A DNA stretch of 64,000 bases from Cyanophyceae cyanobacterium (GTDB lineage: Bacteria > Cyanobacteriota > Cyanobacteriia > Cyanobacteriales > JBHJGN01): the NCBI GenBank assembly GCA_050331735.1, contig JBHJGN010000048.1, positions 1 through 64,000 of the forward strand, written 5' to 3'. The position numbers and the translations under genes were made by a program. The notes below the pieces were generated by a model. The model searched no databases, was not told where the DNA came from, and was given only the letters and a program-made list of their open reading frames with translations. Shown here piece by piece: positions 39,509 to 49,624 of the stretch. The stretch's first letter is position 1. Each line of letters begins with the position of its first letter.

Positions 39509-40759
39509 ATGTTACGTCATTTATTTCTGCCGGTGAGAGGGAATATGCTGGCTCCGTGGCTGCGGATGGACTGGAGCCTCCTGATTTTGGTCGTTGGGTT
39601 AACCGCGTTTGGGGGGCTGGCTATCTACAGTACAGAAGTAGATTCGGGGCTGTCCTATGGTCTCCAGCACTGGATTCTGGGCGGCATTGGCTTAGGGGTG
39701 GCGGTGGTGATCGCCCGCTGGCCCTATGAGCTGCTGCTTCAGTGGCACTGGGTACTCTACGGGCTTACCAATCTGTCACTGGTGGCCGTGATGGTGGTAG
39801 GCATTAGTGCTAAAGGAGCGCAGCGCTGGATTACGATTGGGGGCTTTAACGTTCAGCCTTCAGAGTTTGCCAAGCTGGGGGTGATTATTACCCTAGCAGC
39901 GCTGCTGCACACGCATCCGGCCTCGACCCTACAGGCAGTGGTGCGCGCGCTGGCGATCGCGGCTGTGCCGTGGGCGCTGGTGTTTCTCCAGCCAGATTTA
40001 GGAACCTCCCTGGTGTTTGGAGCGATCTGTTTGGGGATGCTATTCTGGGCCAATGCGAATCCAGGATGGCTGGTGCTGCTGGTTTCTCCGCTGGTGTCGG
40101 CCATTTTGTTTAATTTATACTTTTCGGGATGGATTCTGTGGGCCGTGGCGATCACCGTGATTGCCTGGTTTACTCTTCCTTTGCCCATCATCTTGTCACC
40201 GGGCGTACTGCTAGCCAATTTCTTGTCAGGACGATTAGGCGGATTACTCTGGGGACTGCTTAAGGACTATCAAAAAGATCGCTTAATTCTCTTTCTTAAC
40301 CCAGAAAAAGACCCCCTCGGCGGCGGATATCATCTGATACAGTCGCGCATTGCCATTGGCTCTGGGGAACTGTGGGGGCGAGGACTGTTCGACGGCACTC
40401 AAACTCAGCTCAATTTTATTCCCGAACAGCATACTGATTTTATCTTTTCTGCCGTAGGAGAGGAGCTTGGTTTTGTTGGCAGCATCGGTTTGCTGGTCGT
40501 TTTTTGGCTGATTTGCCTGCGGCTGGTGGTCATTGCTTGTCAGGCCAAGGAAAATTTTGGCTCCTTACTGGCCATTGGGGTGCTGTCCATGATTGCCTTT
40601 CAGGTGGCCGTCAACATTAGTATGACCATTGGACTTGCTCCCATTACGGGTATCCCGCTTCCCTGGATGAGCTATGGCCGCTCAGCGCTGCTCACTAACT
40701 TTATTGCCATTGGTTTAGTCGAGTCAGTAGCCAATCATCGACCCCAGAAGAAGTATTAG
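39509..40759 (+). CDS. rodA: Rod shape-determining protein RodA
   Basis: GAQRWI, QPSEFAK, QPDLGT, GYHLIQSRIAIGSG, PEQHTDFIF, TGIPLP..SYG. Confidence 0.94.
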   Translation: MLRHLFLPVRGNMLAPWLRMDWSLLILVVGLTAFGGLAIYSTEVDSGLSYGLQHWILGGIGLGVAVVIARWPYELLLQWHWVLYGLTNLSLVAVMVVGISAKGAQRWITIGGFNVQPSEFAKLGVIITLAALLHTHPASTLQAVVRALAIAAVPWALVFLQPDLGTSLVFGAICLGMLFWANANPGWLVLLVSPLVSAILFNLYFSGWILWAVAITVIAWFTLPLPIILSPGVLLANFLSGRLGGLLWGLLKDYQKDRLILFLNPEKDPLGGGYHLIQSRIAIGSGELWGRGLFDGTQTQLNFIPEQHTDFIFSAVGEELGFVGSIGLLVVFWLICLRLVVIACQAKENFGSLLAIGVLSMIAFQVAVNISMTIGLAPITGIPLPWMSYGRSALLTNFIAIGLVESVANHRPQKKY

Positions 40760-40833
40760 CTTAAACACCTCTAATCAGCCATGAATTTTCCCTGCTATGC
40801 TAATGATCGACTAGTTTAGATCGACGACCCATT

Positions 40834-41025
40834 ATGCTCATTTTGCCAGGAAGTACAGTTCGCGTCACTAATCCTGATGACACCTACTACCGTTTTGAAG
40901 GACTGGTGCAGCGAGTCAGCGACGGTAAGGCAGCGGTGCTGTTTGAAGGAGGAAACTGGGATCACTTAGTGACCTTTAATCTTTCAGAAATAGAAGCCTA
41001 CGATCCGAAAGCGAAGAAAAAGTAA
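40834..41025 (+). CDS. ndhS: NDH-1 subunit S
   Basis: [41 protein letters not shown], recognised as NdhS. Confidence 0.92.
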   Translation: MLILPGSTVRVTNPDDTYYRFEGLVQRVSDGKAAVLFEGGNWDHLVTFNLSEIEAYDPKAKKK

Positions 41026-41036
41026 GGCTTTAATTC

Positions 41037-41690
41037 ATGCGTCTACCTCTGCCTCAGTTTGCTGCCGACCGTCGTCACCCCGATCACATTGCCGAGGTGA
41101 TTGAAACCACCACCACAGAATTTTTGGCTCAGTGCTTAGAGCCAGAGGATCTGAACTTTCCGGTGATGCCTCCTTTTGGGAGCTGGGTGAAATCGATTGA
41201 TGAGGAGACGGGCAACAAAATTTTAGGGGTGGTTATTTATGTTACTACGTCCCCGATTGATTCTGTCCATCGAGCGCGGGCTTTAGGCTTGTCGCTTGCC
41301 GAACTGCGGGAGCAGCAGCCCCAAATCTTTGCCATGCTCAAGACCGAGTTTCGTACGGCGATCGTTGGTTTTGAAGGGAATTCAGGCGGGAATGGCCGAG
41401 CTAGCTGCTATCAATATCTACCCCCGCGTCCACCCCAGATTCACCAGGGAGTTTACCGCTGCAAAGCGGATGAGGTCATCCGCTTTAGTGAGCAGCTAGA
41501 GTTTCTGCGCATTCTGCTACAGGTCAAGGGAGTTCCCGTTGAAGCTCTCATTGCTGCTGTTGTTCGAGAGATCTATCGACTGCGGGAAGCCGACCGCCCC
41601 TGGCTGGTTAAAGCAGGCAGAACCCTCAGTATTTTACTCAAGGACGACTACGATTGTTTGCAGTATATCCTTAGTCAGATTCATTACTAA
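41037..41690 (+). CDS. HAS-barrel domain protein
   Basis: IAEVIETTTTEF.AQC, PPFGSWV, YQYLPPRPPQIH. Confidence 0.75.
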   Translation: MRLPLPQFAADRRHPDHIAEVIETTTTEFLAQCLEPEDLNFPVMPPFGSWVKSIDEETGNKILGVVIYVTTSPIDSVHRARALGLSLAELREQQPQIFAMLKTEFRTAIVGFEGNSGGNGRASCYQYLPPRPPQIHQGVYRCKADEVIRFSEQLEFLRILLQVKGVPVEALIAAVVREIYRLREADRPWLVKAGRTLSILLKDDYDCLQYILSQIHY

Positions 41691-41883
41691 AGTTCCTGCG
41701 GGGATTGTCGCTGCGCGACAGGAAAGTAGTTCCTGTCGGAACGGGGAAAGGGGAAGGAGAAAAATGTTCCTCCCGAACGGGGAAAGAACCCAGGATTGAG
41801 AAACAAGCTCGTCAAGCTATCCTTTACCCCTTACCCTTTCCCCTTTTCCCTGCGCCTTTAGCTTTTCCCCGTCGCGCAGCGAC
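41691..41883. repeat. Mosaic repeat, full copy with exact inverted terminal hairpins
   Basis: GTCGCTGCGCGAC (41707) and its exact reverse complement GTCGCGCAGCGAC (41871); core AAAGAACCCAGGATTGAGAAACAAGCT; fills the space between two convergent stop codons. Confidence 0.85.
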
Positions 41884-42330
41884 TTAGCCTTCGTTTTGAC
41901 TTTGCCATTTGAGCTTTTCTCTTTCTAGTTTAAGGCTTGCTTCTAGCTCTTGGAGCTGTTCGCGGCGAGTTTCTACCTCTAAACGCAGGCGGGTGACATC
42001 TTGGCTTTGGGAAGTTAGCTCTCGCCGCCACTGTTCTAGTCTGGCTCGTTCTGCTTCGATAAACTCTGGAGTTATAGAGCCTACGGTCAAATACTGCTGA
42101 ACTAAGCCAACCACCCAGTTTTTTGCATCCTTGATCTCTAGAATTTGATAGTTCTCGCCGAGGCTGACAAGGACGAGCATTCCCTCTGTCAGATTCCTTT
42201 GATCGTAGGGGAGCGATTCTGAATTTTTAATTTCCCAAACGTCTTTGTTTTTTTGAGCTGCTAACAGCACCAGATTGGTTTCGCCTGAAGTAGAATTTTT
42301 CTGCACTTGAGCTAGGTGTAACATAGCCAT
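41884..42330 (-). CDS. Conserved hypothetical protein with C-terminal coiled coil
   Basis: MLHLAQV, EQWRRELTSQSQD...RREQLQELE. Confidence 0.7.
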   Translation of the reverse strand: MAMLHLAQVQKNSTSGETNLVLLAAQKNKDVWEIKNSESLPYDQRNLTEGMLVLVSLGENYQILEIKDAKNWVVGLVQQYLTVGSITPEFIEAERARLEQWRRELTSQSQDVTRLRLEVETRREQLQELEASLKLEREKLKWQSQNEG

Positions 42331-42390
42331 TCAGTTATTAATCCTGAATCATGAGTTGCTGATTGGAATTGACATAATGACTACCTGATA

Positions 42391-45108
42391 CTACTTCAGA
42401 CGTTGAAGGCGCTCCCGTAAAATTTCTGACTGTTTTTGAGCTTCTGCTAGAGCATCTCTGGCTCCTTGGACGACTTCAGCCGGAGCTTTGTTGACAAAGC
42501 CTGAATTACTGAGACGAGCCGACAAAGAGCTAACTTCTCCGTCAATTTTGCTCAATTTTTTTTCTAGTTTGGCATACAAATTTTTAATGTCGATAATTCC
42601 CTGGAGGGGAATCAAAGCCTGAACAGTGCCAACGACTCCAGCGATCGCCTGTCTAGTCTCCTGCTGCAAAGTCGGGGTGATGGTAAGCTTGTCTACTTTT
42701 GCTAAATCTTGTATGTATGCCGCGCTGGATTCAAGAATTTGCCGCTCAGATGGGCTGTCGCTTTGCAGAATCACGGGCACTTTGGCTCCTTGTTTGATTT
42801 CCGCTTCAGCGCGGAGGTTGCGCAGCGTACGAATGGTTTCGATCGTCAACTGAAAGTTTGTCTCTAGCTGAGCATCAATGGCGGCTGCTTGGACTTGGGG
42901 ATAAGCTTGCAGAGCGAGCGTTTCTGATGAGCGCGTCAGGTTTTGCCAGATTTCCTCGGTAATATGGGGCATAAACGGGTGCAGCAGCTTGAGAATGCCG
43001 TCTAGCACAGTCGCGAGCGTTTGCTGAGCGACCCCCCGTCCCGGGTCATCCTGCTGCCACAGACGCGGTTTAACCAGTTCGATATACCAGTCGCAGAAAT
43101 CGCCCCAGATGAAGTCGTATAACCCTTTAGCCGCTTCTCCTAACCCATACTCCTCAATGTGGGCTTGGGTTTGCTGCACTACTCGGTTAAAACACGACAA
43201 AATCCAGCGATCGCTTAGCTCCAGCGCTTCGTCTGGGGCAGCCCCTAACGTCTCGGGAGTCTGGCCATCCAGATTCATCATCACAAAGCGAGCGGCGTTC
43301 CACAGTTTGTTGGCAAAATTACGCGAGGCTTCCACCGATTGAGACTCATCGGAGGAGCGATCGTACTGCAAGCTAATATCCTGTCCGGCTCCGGCCACTT
43401 CCCGAATCAGGGTATAGCGCAGGGCATCGGCACCGTATTTTTCGATCAGCAGCAGCGGATCGATGCCGTTCCCGGCGGATTTTGACATCTTTTTTCCGTT
43501 TTCATCCCGCACCAGACCGTGAATATAAACATCCTTAAACGGCATTTGCCCCGTGAGGTATCCCGCCAGCATCGTCATCCGAGCCACCCAGAAGAAAATA
43601 ATGTCAAACCCGGTTACTAACGTCGAGGTGGGATAGTAGGTTGGCAAATCGGTGGTGCGCTCGGGCCAGCCGAGAGTAGAGAAGGGCCACAACCCCGATG
43701 AGAACCAGGTATCCAACACGTCGGGGTCTTGCGCTAGCTGCACCTCAGAGTACTGCGCGGCGGCTTGGCGCTGCGCTTCTGCTTCCGAGTGGGCCACGAT
43801 CAAGGGCGTTGCGTCCGTAATGTGCCCGCCCGTTTCGCTGACGACGTACCAGGCCGGAATTTGATGCCCCCACCACAGTTGGCGAGAGATGCACCAGTCT
43901 TTGAGCTTCACCAGCCAGTCTCGATACACTTTCGCCCAGCGTTCCGGGACGTAGCGCGGGGAGCGATCGCGGTCGAGACTGGTCAGCGCCGTTTCCGCTA
44001 ATGGCGCAATCTTGACAAACCACTGGGTAGACAGCAGCGGCTCTACAGGAACCTTGCCGCGATCGCTGTAGGGAACGGTATGGTGATACTCCTCGGCCTT
44101 AACCATCACTCCGGCTGTCTCTAGCTGCTGGACCAAATTCTTCCGGGCCACAAACCGATCCTGTCCGGCGAAGGGTCCGGCGTTCTCGTTGAGAGTGCCG
44201 TCTTGATTCATAATGTTGATCAGCGGTAGCTGGTGGCGCTGCCCCATCTCAAAGTCGTTGGGATCGTGGGCTGGCGTCACTTTAACGCACCCAGTGCCGA
44301 ATTCGGGATCGACTAGTTCATCGGCAAAAATCGGAATCTCTCGCTCCACAATCGGGAGCGTGACCGTCTTGCCCACTAAATGCTGATAGCGCTCGTCGTT
44401 GGGGTTGACCGCCACCCCCGTATCTCCCAGCATCGTTTCTGGTCTGGTGGTGGCGACTTCCACCGCGCCACTGCCATCGGTGAGCGGGTAGCGGAAGTGC
44501 CAGAGATGTCCGTCCACCTCCTTGTTCTCTACCTCCAAATCCGATACGGCGGACTGGGAAGCCGGACACCAGTTGACCAGGTAGTTCCCGCGATAGATCA
44601 GTCCCGCTTCATAGAGTTGCACAAAAGCGGTTCTCACTGCCGTACTGAGATTGTCATCGAGGGTGAAGCGTTCCCGCGACCAGTCTGCCGAGAGTCCTAA
44701 CCGTTTTAACTGATTGACAATCGTACCGCCCGATTCTGCTCGCCACTGCCACGCCCGTTCTAAAAATTTCTCCCGGCCTAAATCGTAGCGAGTCTTACCT
44801 TCAGCTTTAAGCTGTTTTTCAATAATGGTCTGGACAGCAATGCTGGCGTGATCGGTTCCCGGCAAGCACAGGGTATTGTAGCCCCGCATGCGGTGGTAGC
44901 GGACTAGCGTATCGATTAAAGATTGTTCAAAGGCATGCCCCATGTGCAGGCTTCCCGTCACGTTAGGCGGTGGAATAACGATGCAGTAAGGAGTCCCGCC
45001 ACGTTCGGGAGCGGCCTGAAATACGTGTTTGTCTTCCCAATATTGTTGCCACTTGGCTTCAGTGGTTTTCGGGTCATATTGAGTTGACAGGGGAGTTGTG
45101 GCAGTCAT
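42391..45108 (-). CDS. valS: Valine--tRNA ligase
   Basis: [38 protein letters not shown]-terminal coiled coil. Confidence 0.98.
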   Translation of the reverse strand: MTATTPLSTQYDPKTTEAKWQQYWEDKHVFQAAPERGGTPYCIVIPPPNVTGSLHMGHAFEQSLIDTLVRYHRMRGYNTLCLPGTDHASIAVQTIIEKQLKAEGKTRYDLGREKFLERAWQWRAESGGTIVNQLKRLGLSADWSRERFTLDDNLSTAVRTAFVQLYEAGLIYRGNYLVNWCPASQSAVSDLEVENKEVDGHLWHFRYPLTDGSGAVEVATTRPETMLGDTGVAVNPNDERYQHLVGKTVTLPIVEREIPIFADELVDPEFGTGCVKVTPAHDPNDFEMGQRHQLPLINIMNQDGTLNENAGPFAGQDRFVARKNLVQQLETAGVMVKAEEYHHTVPYSDRGKVPVEPLLSTQWFVKIAPLAETALTSLDRDRSPRYVPERWAKVYRDWLVKLKDWCISRQLWWGHQIPAWYVVSETGGHITDATPLIVAHSEAEAQRQAAAQYSEVQLAQDPDVLDTWFSSGLWPFSTLGWPERTTDLPTYYPTSTLVTGFDIIFFWVARMTMLAGYLTGQMPFKDVYIHGLVRDENGKKMSKSAGNGIDPLLLIEKYGADALRYTLIREVAGAGQDISLQYDRSSDESQSVEASRNFANKLWNAARFVMMNLDGQTPETLGAAPDEALELSDRWILSCFNRVVQQTQAHIEEYGLGEAAKGLYDFIWGDFCDWYIELVKPRLWQQDDPGRGVAQQTLATVLDGILKLLHPFMPHITEEIWQNLTRSSETLALQAYPQVQAAAIDAQLETNFQLTIETIRTLRNLRAEAEIKQGAKVPVILQSDSPSERQILESSAAYIQDLAKVDKLTITPTLQQETRQAIAGVVGTVQALIPLQGIIDIKNLYAKLEKKLSKIDGEVSSLSARLSNSGFVNKAPAEVVQGARDALAEAQKQSEILRERLQRLK

Positions 45109-45498
45109 GAGCTTAGCGTAAGGAGCAGTAAATTTTATTGTAAGAGTGCGCTAAGAGCAATTGTAGACAATGATAGCTTGTCATCGGAACGCTTTGGTTG
45201 GAGCCAGCTTCCGTCCGGCTCAGTTCGTCTGAGCCCAGCAGCCAAACATCAAAAATTGTTCAAATGGCCACGAGATGAAGCCAATGTTCATTCATAGGCG
45301 ATCACGCTGACTTTGAGAGTTAACTGCCAGAATAGAGTGACCAATTCGGATTCAAAGCGGCACGAGCTCTTTGATCCGGACGAAAAAAACCTTAAGGATA
45401 AGAGTACCGTCCTCTAGATTTGATTAAGTATCGACAAGCACAGAATCTCCATCCCGTTACGCCTGATTTACTCTGTGGTTAGCGATAACGAAGCTGAC

Positions 45499-45792
45499 CT
45501 AGCTCCAGTCCTGCTGTTCTTCCCTTCCTTTGCGCCGATAGACCTCTCCAAGAGCGTGAATTTGGCGAGTTTGGGCAAAAAGCTGCGCTTCGGTAAGCTG
45601 CCACTGCTTCAGGGTGAGGTCGAGGTCTCGCTGAATGTCCCTAGCCCCCGGAAAGTTCCGGTAGCGAATGCGCAGTCGCGCTAGCTCGACTAAGCTAATT
45701 TCGTCAGGAGAGCTTTGCAGCAGCCGATTAACAGTGGCGCGATCGCTCTTTTCCTGGGGATGCTTTTGATCTTGATTGTTGTCTGCACCCAT
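45499..45792 (-). CDS. DUF3288 family protein
   Basis: DQKHPQ, ELARLRIRYRNFPGARDIQRDL. Confidence 0.8.
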   Translation of the reverse strand: MGADNNQDQKHPQEKSDRATVNRLLQSSPDEISLVELARLRIRYRNFPGARDIQRDLDLTLKQWQLTEAQLFAQTRQIHALGEVYRRKGREEQQDWS

Positions 45793-45800
45793 GTTTACTA

Positions 45801-45935
45801 CAGTGACCAGTGATGGATTAGTCGTGCTTAGTGTTCACAAGTAGGGCTTGGGCAGTGACCAGTTACCCAATCAGCTAGTTAGGTTGCTCACTGGTAACTG
45901 ATCACTGATAACTGTTCATTGCTCACTGGTCACTG
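45801..45935. repeat. CAGTGAC/CACTG heptamer repeat element
   Basis: CAGTGACCAGT x2, core AATCAGCTAGTTAGGTTG (also near 24668), inverted CTGGTCACTG arm overlapping the WD40 gene end. Confidence 0.7.
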
Positions 45936-47022
45936 CATCAAGCTGCCAAACGTTAATGGTGCGATTAAAAGCACCACTAGCAAGCAGCCTGCCATCTGGA
46001 CTGAAAGCGACAGATTCCACCCAGTCGTCATTGGGCAGCCAGCTTAGCGGCTCTCCAGTGCGAATGTTCCACAGGCGAACGCCGTCGTTACTGGCGCTTG
46101 CTAGGGTTTCTCCATCTGGATTCAGGACCAAACCGCGAATCGGTCCAGTGTGGCCTGTAAAAGTGTATAGCAGTTGTCCGCTTAATAGATCCCAGACCTT
46201 AACGGTACGGTCGTTACTGCCAGTAATCAGTCGATTGCCATCGGGAGTATACACTAAGCCGCGGATGCTCTCGGTGTGGGCAGAAAACTCAGAGATAATG
46301 GTTCCCGTCCTGAGATTCCAAAATATGACGCGACCGCTGTTGTCTCCGCTGGCAAAGATATAGCCGTTGGGGTTCATGGCTAGCGAATAAACTGGCAAGC
46401 CATAGCTTGCTAGGGTATACAGGGGTCGCTGGGGAATCAGATCCCAGACTTTAATGCCGTCTAATCCACCACTGACGAGCACTTCGCTGTCTGGAGTGAT
46501 GGCTAAAGACAGAATGTTGCTCGCGTTTTCCAAAAAGGAGGCTTGGAATTCCCCGGTTTGCCAGTTCCAAAGATTAATTCCGCCGTCGCTACCGCTGCTG
46601 ACCAAGAGATTTCCATCAGGGCTAAAGGCAAGAGTCAGGACTGCTTCTCGCTGCGCCCGGAGCCGGTCGAGTTTTTTGCCGTTCTCAACCGACCAAAAGA
46701 CAACGGTTGGATCGTTAAAGCTCCCGCCGCTTACCAGTACCTCCCCATCAGGGCTAAAAGCGAGAGAATCAACGGCGGTTTCGTGAGCTTCCATGCTATA
46801 GAGCAGTTGCGGATTTGTGCCTCGCTGAGCAGACGCTGCCGGATTAGCAGTGGGAAGAGGCGTAGAGTCTGGCGGTTGAGGAGGCGAGACCTGAGCAGAA
46901 GCTGCTTCTACCCATCCACACACAACGGCTGTCGCAGCGGCCAATCCTAGTAAAGAAGGAAGCAATCTTTCTGGAGATTGACTCCGACTAGCAGGCCGCT
47001 GTGTCCATCTTCTTCCTGCCAT
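45916..47022 (-). CDS. WD40 repeat protein with N-terminal signal/TM
   Basis: About 7 repeats of the type FSPDG..L.SG..D..I..W. Confidence 0.93.
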   Translation of the reverse strand: MAGRRWTQRPASRSQSPERLLPSLLGLAAATAVVCGWVEAASAQVSPPQPPDSTPLPTANPAASAQRGTNPQLLYSMEAHETAVDSLAFSPDGEVLVSGGSFNDPTVVFWSVENGKKLDRLRAQREAVLTLAFSPDGNLLVSSGSDGGINLWNWQTGEFQASFLENASNILSLAITPDSEVLVSGGLDGIKVWDLIPQRPLYTLASYGLPVYSLAMNPNGYIFASGDNSGRVIFWNLRTGTIISEFSAHTESIRGLVYTPDGNRLITGSNDRTVKVWDLLSGQLLYTFTGHTGPIRGLVLNPDGETLASASNDGVRLWNIRTGEPLSWLPNDDWVESVAFSPDGRLLASGAFNRTINVWQLDAVTSEQ

Positions 47023-47039
47023 TATTTAAGCTCCTCACT

Positions 47040-47477
47040 TTAGGGTTTTTCATTGTCCTTTGCTGGCCATTTGTCCAACTGAATATTTGGACAAATTGTG
47101 GCTCCGAACTGTTCCGGCAGAGGCTCCTCCTGCCATCCTGACAAGATTCCCTGGAGTTCAGCTTTCAAAAGCTGGAGAGATTCTATCTGCCGATTAATCT
47201 GACTTTGCTTGTGGATAAGGCGCTGCTTAACGGCTCCACAGGGGATTTCTCCCGCGTCATGAACAGCCAAAATGTCCTTAATTTCGTGGAGATTGAGTCC
47301 TAAAGACTGCGATCGCCGGATAAAAGCTAAACGATTAAACACGGACGGATGAAACAGACGATACCCAGATGCAGCTCGCTCCACCGCAGGAGCTAATAGG
47401 CCAAAATCTGCGTAGTAGCGCACGGTTTTCACCGATAAGCCGCTTTGAGTAGCGACGTCGCCAATTTTCAACGCCAT
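47040..47477 (-). CDS. MerR family (heavy-metal-responsive type) regulator
   Basis: LKIGDVATQSGLSVKTVRYY, GYRLF, Cys in IPCG and TICP. Confidence 0.9.
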   Translation of the reverse strand: MALKIGDVATQSGLSVKTVRYYADFGLLAPAVERAASGYRLFHPSVFNRLAFIRRSQSLGLNLHEIKDILAVHDAGEIPCGAVKQRLIHKQSQINRQIESLQLLKAELQGILSGWQEEPLPEQFGATICPNIQLDKWPAKDNEKP

Positions 47478-47749
47478 TTCCGGTCTTTAGTTAACACGGG
47501 GAGAGGGTTGCTAGAGGAACTAGGAGGCAAGAAATGTCTGGCTTCTTGAGTCACCGTTTGTGCTTTCTGTACCTGCCACCGGCGCAAAACAACAGCGATG
47601 AGAGTCGTGGTTACACCCACCGTCAGCAGCGACCACCGCCCGCCAACTCCGCCAATGACCGCATCGACCGCTCCCACAATTAAAATAAAGCTAGACACTG
47701 GCTCTTTGCGGTAAGCTGTCTTCAAAAACCGAGGCAGTAAAACGTTCAT
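47468..47749 (-). CDS. Small conserved membrane protein
   Basis: YRKEPVSSFILIVGAVDAVIGG; two TM; overlaps the merR-like start. Confidence 0.7.
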   Translation of the reverse strand: MNVLLPRFLKTAYRKEPVSSFILIVGAVDAVIGGVGGRWSLLTVGVTTTLIAVVLRRWQVQKAQTVTQEARHFLPPSSSSNPLPVLTKDRKWR

Positions 47750-47833
47750 GCTTGCTTACTCTTTAATATGAACCTAATTTCAGGGTATCTTATCAACCTT
47801 TGCTTCGACGAGTCTGGCTGTTAGAACACTCGC

Positions 47834-48004
47834 TTACTGTAACCCAAGCCACGATAATAAGCCTTCCCCGGTAAAGTATTCAATGGCTAACGTCAAAACA
47901 AAACCAATCATCGCCGCTCGTCCGTTGAGGCGTTCTGCATAGTCGTTAAAACCAAACTTTGGTTCTTCAATATTAGGAGTTGTGCTCGGTTGAGGATTTG
48001 CCAT
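47834..48004 (-). CDS. hliD: High-light-inducible protein (HliD/ScpE-like), absent from ORF track
   Basis: Manual translation MANPQPSTTPNIEEPKFGFNDYAERLNGRAAMIGFVLTLAIEYFTGEGLLSWLGLQ contains the ExxNGRxAM chlorophyll-binding motif; AGGAG RBS. Confidence 0.9.
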   Translation of the reverse strand: MANPQPSTTPNIEEPKFGFNDYAERLNGRAAMIGFVLTLAIEYFTGEGLLSWLGLQ

Positions 48005-48050
48005 TGGCTTGATAATCTCCTAAACAAGGAACTTAATTTTACTTCTTAAT

Positions 48051-48078
48051 ATTGTAGAAGTACTGGCGCGTTCGTCAA
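48051..48078 (-). promoter_or_regulatory. Sigma70-type promoter of hli gene
   Basis: Minus strand TTGACG-N16-TACAAT. Confidence 0.55.
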
Positions 48079-48144
48079 TTGCTTTTGTCTCCTCGAGCCT
48101 AAAACCCACAATTATTTTTGAGACCAAAACGAAACGATTTAACC

Positions 48145-48687
48145 ATGTCAACCTCACTCCCCCTCGTCCGTGATACGAAAGACAGCTTTGCCATTACTTT
48201 TGCTCCGTTATTGCTAGCGGAAGTGTATCAGCTCGCTGACGACCCGGCTAATGGAGCCGTTGTGGTGATGAGCGGAACTGTCCGCAATCAGACGGATGGC
48301 AAGCCGGTAGATTGTCTGGAATATCAGGCTTACGAACCGATGGCTCTGGCGGTCTTCCGCCAAATTGCTACTCAAATCCGCCAGCAGTGGAGTGACGCGA
48401 ATCGAGTTGTGATTCACCACCGCATTGGACGCTTAAAAATTGGTGAAATTAGCGTTTTAGTTGCGGTTGGTTGTCCCCATCGGGCTGAAGCCTTTGCCGC
48501 CTGTCAATACGCTATCGACACGCTTAAGCACAATGCCCCCATCTGGAAAAAAGAACACAGGCAGGATGGTTCTAGTACCTGGATGAGTATTGGGGCGTGT
48601 GAAGAAAGTCCCGCCGGGACGGGGAAAGGGAAAGGGGAAAATAGTTCCTTCGGAACGGGGAACGGGGAAACTGTCCGGGACGGGTAA
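48145..48687 (+). CDS. moaE: Molybdopterin synthase catalytic subunit
   Basis: GAVVVMSGTVR, LEYQAYEPMA, HRIGRL, HRAEAF, LKHNAPIWKKE; C-terminal tail is repeat-derived. Confidence 0.92.
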   Translation: MSTSLPLVRDTKDSFAITFAPLLLAEVYQLADDPANGAVVVMSGTVRNQTDGKPVDCLEYQAYEPMALAVFRQIATQIRQQWSDANRVVIHHRIGRLKIGEISVLVAVGCPHRAEAFAACQYAIDTLKHNAPIWKKEHRQDGSSTWMSIGACEESPAGTGKGKGENSSFGTGNGETVRDG

Positions 48688-48775
48688 GGGAAAAGAACAT
48701 AGAGTTAAGGAACAAGCTGATTCATTCACTCCTTTGCCCCTTCCCCTTTCCCCTTTTCCCAAGCGCCTGGGGCGC
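48608..48775. repeat. Mosaic repeat, full copy overlapping the moaE 3' end
   Basis: GTCCCGCCGGGAC, GTTCCTTCGGAAC, core AAAGAACATAGAGTTAAGGAACAAGCTGATT, GCGCCTGGGGCGC abutting the stop codon at 48776. Confidence 0.85.
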
Positions 48776-49447
48776 TTATTCTTTAAGGACGTACCCGACA
48801 CCGCGCACCGTTTGAATGAGCCGCTTTTCGCTCTGTGCTTCTAGCTTGAGGCGCAGGTAGCGAATGTAAACCTCAATAATGTTGGAATCTCCCATGAAGT
48901 CGTATCCCCAGACTGTTTCTAAAATTTGGTCGCGGGTGAGAACCTGGCGCGGATGGAAGAGTAAGTATTCTAAGAGATCAAACTCTTTGGCCGTGAGTTC
49001 AATCAGGCGATCGCCTCGATACACTTCGCGGGTGCTGCGGTTGAGCCGCAGGTCGGCAAATTGGAGAGCGTTGGGATCTTCTTCTTGGGTCCGCCGTAGA
49101 TGCGCTCGTACTCTGGCGAGTAATTCTTCAATGCTGAACGGTTTAACGAGGTAATCATCGGCTCCGGCATCGAGTCCAGCGACGCGATCGCTGATTTCGT
49201 CTTTGGCCGTTAGCAACACAATCGGCACTCGATCCCCTGTTTCTCGCAGACGACGGCAGATTTCTGTTCCTGAGATTCCTGGCAGCATCCAGTCTAGCAG
49301 AATCAGATCGGGCTGAGTCTCTCGGGCCGCCGCTAATCCGGCTAATCCATCTGGAGCTACTGCTACCTGATAGCCTTCATACTTAAGCTCTAGTTCAATG
49401 AATCGAGCGAGCTTGGCTTCGTCTTCTACCACTAAAATGTTAGTCAT
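48776..49447 (-). CDS. OmpR/PhoB family response regulator (no kinase adjacent)
   Basis: [38 protein letters not shown]. Confidence 0.94.
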   Translation of the reverse strand: MTNILVVEDEAKLARFIELELKYEGYQVAVAPDGLAGLAAARETQPDLILLDWMLPGISGTEICRRLRETGDRVPIVLLTAKDEISDRVAGLDAGADDYLVKPFSIEELLARVRAHLRRTQEEDPNALQFADLRLNRSTREVYRGDRLIELTAKEFDLLEYLLFHPRQVLTRDQILETVWGYDFMGDSNIIEVYIRYLRLKLEAQSEKRLIQTVRGVGYVLKE

Positions 49448-49624
49448 TAATCATGGGCTAGCTGACAGCTACATCTATTATCAATGATGACCGTCTACTC
49501 AATAGCGATCACATCTAACATAAACAAACTGAGATAAAGATATCGTAAACTTGGCTAGAGAGCCGGACGCCGAGAACCGCCAAACTAAGTCCCCACAATC
49601 AACCACTAACTATCAACGATTGAG

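Noticed and set aside
45109..45498. T-box or riboswitch leader for valS
   Set aside because: No T-box consensus seen, and a TACAAT -10-like hexamer lies close to the valS start.
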